A DNA stretch of 63,766 bases. Origin: an uncultured Syntrophaceae bacterium. Its GTDB lineage: Bacteria; Desulfobacterota; BSN033; UBA1163. The first letter of the stretch is position 1. Every line of letters begins with the position of its first letter. The translations under genes and the position numbers were made by a program. This document shows, one piece after another, positions 59,170 through 63,766 of the stretch. Below the pieces are notes generated by a model that was not told where the DNA came from, ran no database searches, and worked only from the letters and a program-made list of their open reading frames with translations. The DNA is taken from contig CAYMJV010000005.1 in the NCBI GenBank assembly GCA_964390545.1, positions 1 through 63,766 of the forward strand, in the 5' to 3' direction.

Positions 59170-59943
59170 TTACAAGACCTTGATCGGGCCCTCCGATCTT
59201 CCATGGATGAATTGCTGCACAATAGGGTTCACGGAGCTTTTGATCTCCTCCGGGCTCCCGACCTCGACAATTTTCCCTTGGTAGAGCATGGCAATCCGGT
59301 CAGCAATTTTATAAGCGCTCGTCATATCGTGGGTGATGGCAATAGAGGTCATGTTCAACTGCTCTCTCATCCGTATGATCAGTTCATTGATGGCATCGGC
59401 CATCACAGGGTCGATTCCAGTTGTGGGCTCGTCGTAAAGAAGGATCTCCGGCTCCATGGCAATGGCCCTGGCCAGACTGACCCGTTTCTTCATCCCTCCG
59501 CTCAACTCTGCCGGCATGATATCCTCAATATTTCTCAATCCCAGAAGGGCCAATTTCTCAGTCGCGATCCTTCTGATCTCCTCGTCACCGAGCTTCTTGT
59601 GTTGACGGAGTCCGAAACCGACGTTCTCCCAAACGCTCAAAGAATCGAAAAGGGCGCCTCCTTGAAAGAGCATTCCAAATTTCTTCCGAACTTCATTCAA
59701 CTCCCGTTCGCTCAATGAACTGATCTCCTGCCCGTCGACATAGATCTCTCCCTCATCGGGCTGAATAAGTCCGATGACGCATTTGATCAGGACCGTTTTG
59801 CCCGAACCGCTCCCTCCAATGACCACCATGCTCTCCCCTTGCCGCACCTCTAAATTGACGCCGTGGAGAACCTCCTTCTCGGTAAAGGATTTAAAAAGAT
59901 TGACCACACGGATTTTTGGATCAGAATTCCTACCCATCATCAA
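59170..59943 (-). CDS. mlaF: MlaF-type ABC ATPase
   Basis: GGSGSGKT, FQGGALFDSL, LSGGMKKRVSLARA, YDEPTTG, THD. Confidence 0.92.
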   Translation of the reverse strand: MMMGRNSDPKIRVVNLFKSFTEKEVLHGVNLEVRQGESMVVIGGSGSGKTVLIKCVIGLIQPDEGEIYVDGQEISSLSERELNEVRKKFGMLFQGGALFDSLSVWENVGFGLRQHKKLGDEEIRRIATEKLALLGLRNIEDIMPAELSGGMKKRVSLARAIAMEPEILLYDEPTTGIDPVMADAINELIIRMREQLNMTSIAITHDMTSAYKIADRIAMLYQGKIVEVGSPEEIKSSVNPIVQQFIHGRSEGPIKVL

Positions 59944-59985
59944 TCCTAAAATCTCCCCCCCTTTGTTAAAGGGGGAGAGGGTGGA

Positions 59986-60765
59986 TTAAAACAGAAATGC
60001 TGTAATAAAATAATTTGAGATTAATATCGTTAGAGATGAGACAACAACAGCCTTGGTCGTCGCCCGGCCCACTCCTTCAGCTCCCCCTTCCGCTGAAAAT
60101 CCCTGATAGCAACTGATGGTGGCTATGATCATGCCGAACACAACAGCCTTCAGCAGGCCGCTATAAAGGTCGCTAAATTCCAGATAATTCCATGTTCTCC
60201 GAATGTAGATCGTCGGATTGGCTCCCAGAATTTGAACGCTCACCAGATACCCACCCAGAATGCCGATAACATCAGCAAAGATGACGAGCACGGGGAGCAT
60301 GATCGACGCAGCTAAGAATCTCGGAACGATCAGATATTTGATCGGGTTGGTGGCCAGCGTATAAAGGGCATCTATCTGTTCCGTCACTCGCATCGTTCCA
60401 AGTTCGGCAGCCATTGCAGAACCCACCCGGCCAGAGACCATCAATCCTGTTAAGACGGGGCCCAATTCCCTTGTGACGGACAGAGCGACGACGGTCCCTA
60501 CCATCGTCTCCGCGCCGAACCGTTTAAATCCGGTATAACTCTGTAAAGCCAGGACCATTCCTGTAAAAGCGGCCGTGATGATGACCACCGGAAAGGACCG
60601 AACACCCACCTCTTGCATCTGTTTTATTATTTCTCTCCCTTGAAGCGGAGGCCGAAAGGTCCAGCTCAGGGTCTTCGCAAAGAGGATCATGATCCGTCCT
60701 GCTTCCTCTGCGAACCGTATTGATTGAATTCCAATCCATCGAAACAGATTCAAGAGAACCCCCAT
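59986..60765 (-). CDS. mlaE: MlaE-type ABC permease
   Basis: RELGPVLTGL, AAELGTMRVTEQIDAL, GAEGVGRATT motifs. Confidence 0.95.
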   Translation of the reverse strand: MGVLLNLFRWIGIQSIRFAEEAGRIMILFAKTLSWTFRPPLQGREIIKQMQEVGVRSFPVVIITAAFTGMVLALQSYTGFKRFGAETMVGTVVALSVTRELGPVLTGLMVSGRVGSAMAAELGTMRVTEQIDALYTLATNPIKYLIVPRFLAASIMLPVLVIFADVIGILGGYLVSVQILGANPTIYIRRTWNYLEFSDLYSGLLKAVVFGMIIATISCYQGFSAEGGAEGVGRATTKAVVVSSLTILISNYFITAFLF

Positions 60766-60769
60766 CACG

Positions 60770-60895
60770 AAATGCAATGTCAAAGTCCAAAATCAAAATT
60801 CCAAATGAATGTCAAATATCAAAAATTTTCCAAATGATTTGAAATTTAAACATTTGGATTTCATTTGAACTTTGAACTTTGTCATTTGAAATTTA
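60770..60895. repeat. Periodic inverted-repeat element, CAAAT/TTTG type
   Basis: Same arm layout as 16853, 26578 and 49401; between alr and mlaE. Confidence 0.85.
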
Positions 60896-62038
60896 TAATT
60901 TTCCCTTATAGATCCTTGGAATTCTTTTCCCTATAGAACAGAACACTTCATACGAGATGGTATTCATCCTATCTGCCATCTCCTCCGCCGTGATGATCTC
61001 CTTCCCCTGGCTTCCGATCAAAACGACTTCATCTCCTAATGAAACCTTGGGAATATCTGTTACGTCCACCATGATGAAATCCATGCAAACCTTTCCCACG
61101 ACAGGGGCCCTCTTCCCCCGGACCAACACTTCTCCTCGATTGGAGAGGTAGCGACTGTACCCATCTGCATATCCAATGGGAAGGGTGGCGATGAGGCTTT
61201 CTCTCCTGGTCACAAAGGTCCCTCCATAACTGATCCTGAATCCAGAAGGGACGGACTTTAAGAAATGGATGCGAGTCCTTAGGGTCATCACGGGCTTGAG
61301 GTGAATGAGGCTCTTCAACACGGGAGAGGGATAAGCCCCATAAAGCATGATCCCTGGCCGAACCAGATTCCCGGAATAGTAAGAAGAGGTTGTGAGCAAG
61401 GCACTGCTGGCCATATGAACGTATTTGCAACGAATTCCTAATTCTTCAGCACACCTCACCGCCCCTAGAAATTGATCCCATTGATGTTTGGTATAATCTT
61501 CCTCGCTCATCATAGAAAAATGGGAGAGAATGCCTTCGACTTCAACTTTTGGGAAATGAGGGATCTCTTTTAGAAAATTGGGCCAGAGAGATAAGGGGAC
61601 GCCCAACCGCCCCATCCCTGTATCCACTTTGAGGTGAACCCTTACCTTCTTCTTTCCTCTTTGGGCTACTTTGGAGATGAACTTCAAGGCCTCCTTATGA
61701 AAAACAACAGGAGTGAGGTCGAACCGAAAAATCTTTTCAATATCTCCATCATAAATTCCACCCAGGACAAGGATCGGCGCCCTCACTCCTCCTTTTCTCA
61801 GCTCCACCCCTTCTTCCGCAATGGCAACACCCAGATACTCGACTCCTAATTTCTCCAACTTACGAGAGATCGGAACGGCTCCATGACCATAGGCATCCGC
61901 CTTTACAACGGCCAGGATTTTTACTCCTTTCGGGACCCTCTTTTGAAGTTGTCGATAGTTAAAGGCAAGGGCATCCAGGTCGATCTGTGCGATCGTTGGC
62001 CTTCCGGGCGTTAGAGATAAATTTCTCTTGAGGTTCAT
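60893..62038 (-). CDS. alr: Alanine racemase
   Basis: AVVKADAYGHG, KVDTGMGRLG, PIGYADGY motifs. Confidence 0.97.
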   Translation of the reverse strand: MNLKRNLSLTPGRPTIAQIDLDALAFNYRQLQKRVPKGVKILAVVKADAYGHGAVPISRKLEKLGVEYLGVAIAEEGVELRKGGVRAPILVLGGIYDGDIEKIFRFDLTPVVFHKEALKFISKVAQRGKKKVRVHLKVDTGMGRLGVPLSLWPNFLKEIPHFPKVEVEGILSHFSMMSEEDYTKHQWDQFLGAVRCAEELGIRCKYVHMASSALLTTSSYYSGNLVRPGIMLYGAYPSPVLKSLIHLKPVMTLRTRIHFLKSVPSGFRISYGGTFVTRRESLIATLPIGYADGYSRYLSNRGEVLVRGKRAPVVGKVCMDFIMVDVTDIPKVSLGDEVVLIGSQGKEIITAEEMADRMNTISYEVFCSIGKRIPRIYKGKL

Positions 62039-62173
62039 AACTTTCTGAATAAAAAAAGAAACTTTAATTTCATAACATCGACACTTCCAAAAGTCAATTG
62101 AAACCTGTCAGAGCTCCGAAAAAACTACTCTAAACTCTCTTGGGAATTCTGGCCTTTCTCAGAAATCTCCATA

Positions 62174-62202
62174 TTGACAATCCAACCTTAATCCAGTAAC
62201 CT
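62174..62202 (+). promoter_or_regulatory. Sigma-70 promoter of thiF
   Basis: TTGACA-N17-TAACCT; predicted start site falls at the GTG codon. Confidence 0.6.
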
Positions 62203-62209
62203 GAGCCAT

Positions 62210-63049
62210 GTGAAAGAAAACGCTTCATCGATTGACATTAAAGTCAATGAGAAAGAGGTTTCTGTCTCTTCCAAGACGACCCTTCACCAATTGAAAAAAA
62301 GGTTCAACCCGAAGGCCGACGTCATCATCTATAACGGCTTCCCCCTGACCTCAGATCATATCCTCACAGCGGGTGATGAGATCGTCTTCATTCAAAAGGG
62401 TCACCTTCCCTCTCCCGAACAATTTGAATGCCTTCTCCTCGCAAGGCATACCCCGGGGGTCCACCAAAAAATAAAGGGATCGGTCGTTGGGATTGCCGGA
62501 CTGGGTGGCCTCGGGTCGGCGGTAGCCATTGCCTTAACTCGCATAGGCGTGGGGACCCTTATTCTTGTTGATTTCGACGTGGTAGAGCCCTCCAATTTGA
62601 ATCGTCAGCAGTATTTCACCCATCAGGTCGGGATGCCTAAGGTCGAAGCCCTCCGTGAAAATCTCTCGAGAATCAACCCCTATGTAAGAATCCAAACCTA
62701 CCCTGAGAAGCTGGACCGGAATAACGTGGAGCGCATCTTCAAGAAAGCCATGGTGGTCGTGGAGGCCTTCGATCGGGCTGAAGAGAAAGCCATGCTGATC
62801 AACGTCCTGTCCGAGAAAATGCCAGAGACATACATTGTGGCGGCCTCCGGCGTGGCTGGTTACGGGGATAATAATGAGATTAGAACGACCCGGTTTTCTT
62901 CAAAGATATTCATCGTGGGAGATCAGAGGACGGCCGCTCAGCCGGGGGTGGGGCTCATGGCGCCGAGAGTAGGCATCGCTGCTCATCATCAAGCGAACCT
63001 TGTTTTGAGAATCCTATTGGGGGAAGAAAAGAACAATAATTCGGAGTAA
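62210..63049 (+). CDS. thiF: ThiF-family adenylyltransferase with N-terminal ThiS-like domain
   Basis: GIAGLGGLGS, DFDVVEPSNLNRQ, VEAFD motifs; ubiquitin-like N-terminal segment. Confidence 0.88.
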   Translation: MKENASSIDIKVNEKEVSVSSKTTLHQLKKRFNPKADVIIYNGFPLTSDHILTAGDEIVFIQKGHLPSPEQFECLLLARHTPGVHQKIKGSVVGIAGLGGLGSAVAIALTRIGVGTLILVDFDVVEPSNLNRQQYFTHQVGMPKVEALRENLSRINPYVRIQTYPEKLDRNNVERIFKKAMVVVEAFDRAEEKAMLINVLSEKMPETYIVAASGVAGYGDNNEIRTTRFSSKIFIVGDQRTAAQPGVGLMAPRVGIAAHHQANLVLRILLGEEKNNNSE

Positions 63050-63125
63050 TTAGTTAGGAGTTAGGAGTCATCATTTGAAAGTTTCGTTTGAATCTCCGAA
63101 CTCTGAACTCCGAACTCATTACTGC
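63041..63125. repeat. Periodic inverted-repeat element, GGAGT/ACTC type
   Basis: GGAGTAA TTAGTTA GGAGTTA GGAGTCA versus CCGAACT CTGAACT CCGAACT CATTACT. Confidence 0.7.
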
Positions 63126-63128
63126 TAT

Positions 63129-63581
63129 TTAATCTAGTTCCTTCACCAGTGCGATTTCGTCGCAGTCTGGAAATTTGACACATTTAAGGCAGTCCGTCCA
63201 GATCTTATGGGGAAGGACAGCCTTATCCACCTTCTTAAAACCCAATCGTTCAAAAAAGGCAGGTTCATAGGTCAAGGCAAAAACCCTTTTGATTCGAAGG
63301 GTATTGGCTTCCGCCAGACAGGCTTTCACGAGTTTGGCGCCTATCCCTTTCTTCCGATCCTCTTCCTGGACAGCTAAAGATCGAATCTCTGCCAGATCCT
63401 CCCAGCAGAGGTGAAGCGCACAGATCCCTATGACCTTTCGATTCCTCGTATAAACGAAAAAATCCCGGAGATGGTCGTAGAGTTCACTGAGAGATCTTGG
63501 AAGAATACCTCCTCTTGTTGAATACTGTTTGATTAATTTCTGGATTTCCTTCACATCGTCCAGTATCGGTTTTCGAATCAT
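63129..63581 (-). CDS. argA: Short GNAT N-acetyltransferase, ArgA-like amino-acid acetyltransferase
   Basis: LPRSLSELY, LAEIRSLAV, LPHKIWTDCLKC motifs; the argA name is family-level. Confidence 0.75.
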   Translation of the reverse strand: MIRKPILDDVKEIQKLIKQYSTRGGILPRSLSELYDHLRDFFVYTRNRKVIGICALHLCWEDLAEIRSLAVQEEDRKKGIGAKLVKACLAEANTLRIKRVFALTYEPAFFERLGFKKVDKAVLPHKIWTDCLKCVKFPDCDEIALVKELD

Positions 63582-63641
63582 CTCTCCCTTCCCCCTAATC
63601 CCCCCAACCCCCCTTTAGCAAAGGGGGGAAAGGGGGGATTC

Positions 63642-63764
63642 TTATGACTTCCTGGCATTCTCCATCATCTCCTGGGCATGCGCTCGGGTCTTCTCGGTCA
63701 CTTTGACTCCCCCCAACATTCTTGCAATCTCTTCGACTCTGGCGTCCTTTTCCAGAGGATCGAC
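63642..63764 (-). CDS. recN: DNA repair protein RecN, C-terminal end (partial)
   Basis: Manual translation [26 protein letters not shown]. Confidence 0.88.
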   Translation of the reverse strand, partial: VDPLEKDARVEEIARMLGGVKVTEKTRAHAQEMMENARKS

Positions 63765-63766
63765 AA

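Overview
This is a chromosomal window from a bacterium whose gene set and protein style resemble Desulfobacterota/Deltaproteobacteria (inference only). Most of it is housekeeping and envelope genes: ftsB, pcm, rarA, suhB, cbiQO, an ECF sigma/anti-sigma pair, PBP1A, pfk, proS, pyrF, rlmB, argJ, secA, pmbA, fabH, mlaDFE, alr, thiF, recN and one tRNA-Thr(CGT). Five things stand out. (1) A probable sphingolipid locus: extended SDR, serine palmitoyltransferase and a GNAT resembling bacterial ceramide synthase, plus a convergent Aur1/IPC-synthase-like PAP2 gene. (2) A complete integron gene cassette with a textbook attC site but no integrase, in an AT-rich islet beside the tRNA. (3) An RND pump with a sigma-54 promoter, an IHF box and a divergent activator, flanked by gene scars. 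(4) An MCE/Mla operon with a long helical MlaD and a 490-aa exported aromatic-Pro repeat protein in place of MlaC/MlaA. (5) A dense intergenic repeat landscape. About 15 inverted-repeat elements are built from 7-nt-periodic arms whose architecture is conserved while the core motif changes, and 20-25 nt hairpin modules are inserted into other repeats in nested fashion. No CRISPR array, rRNA, autonomous transposase or integrase was seen. Several start codons were adjusted from the ORF track using RBS and family context.
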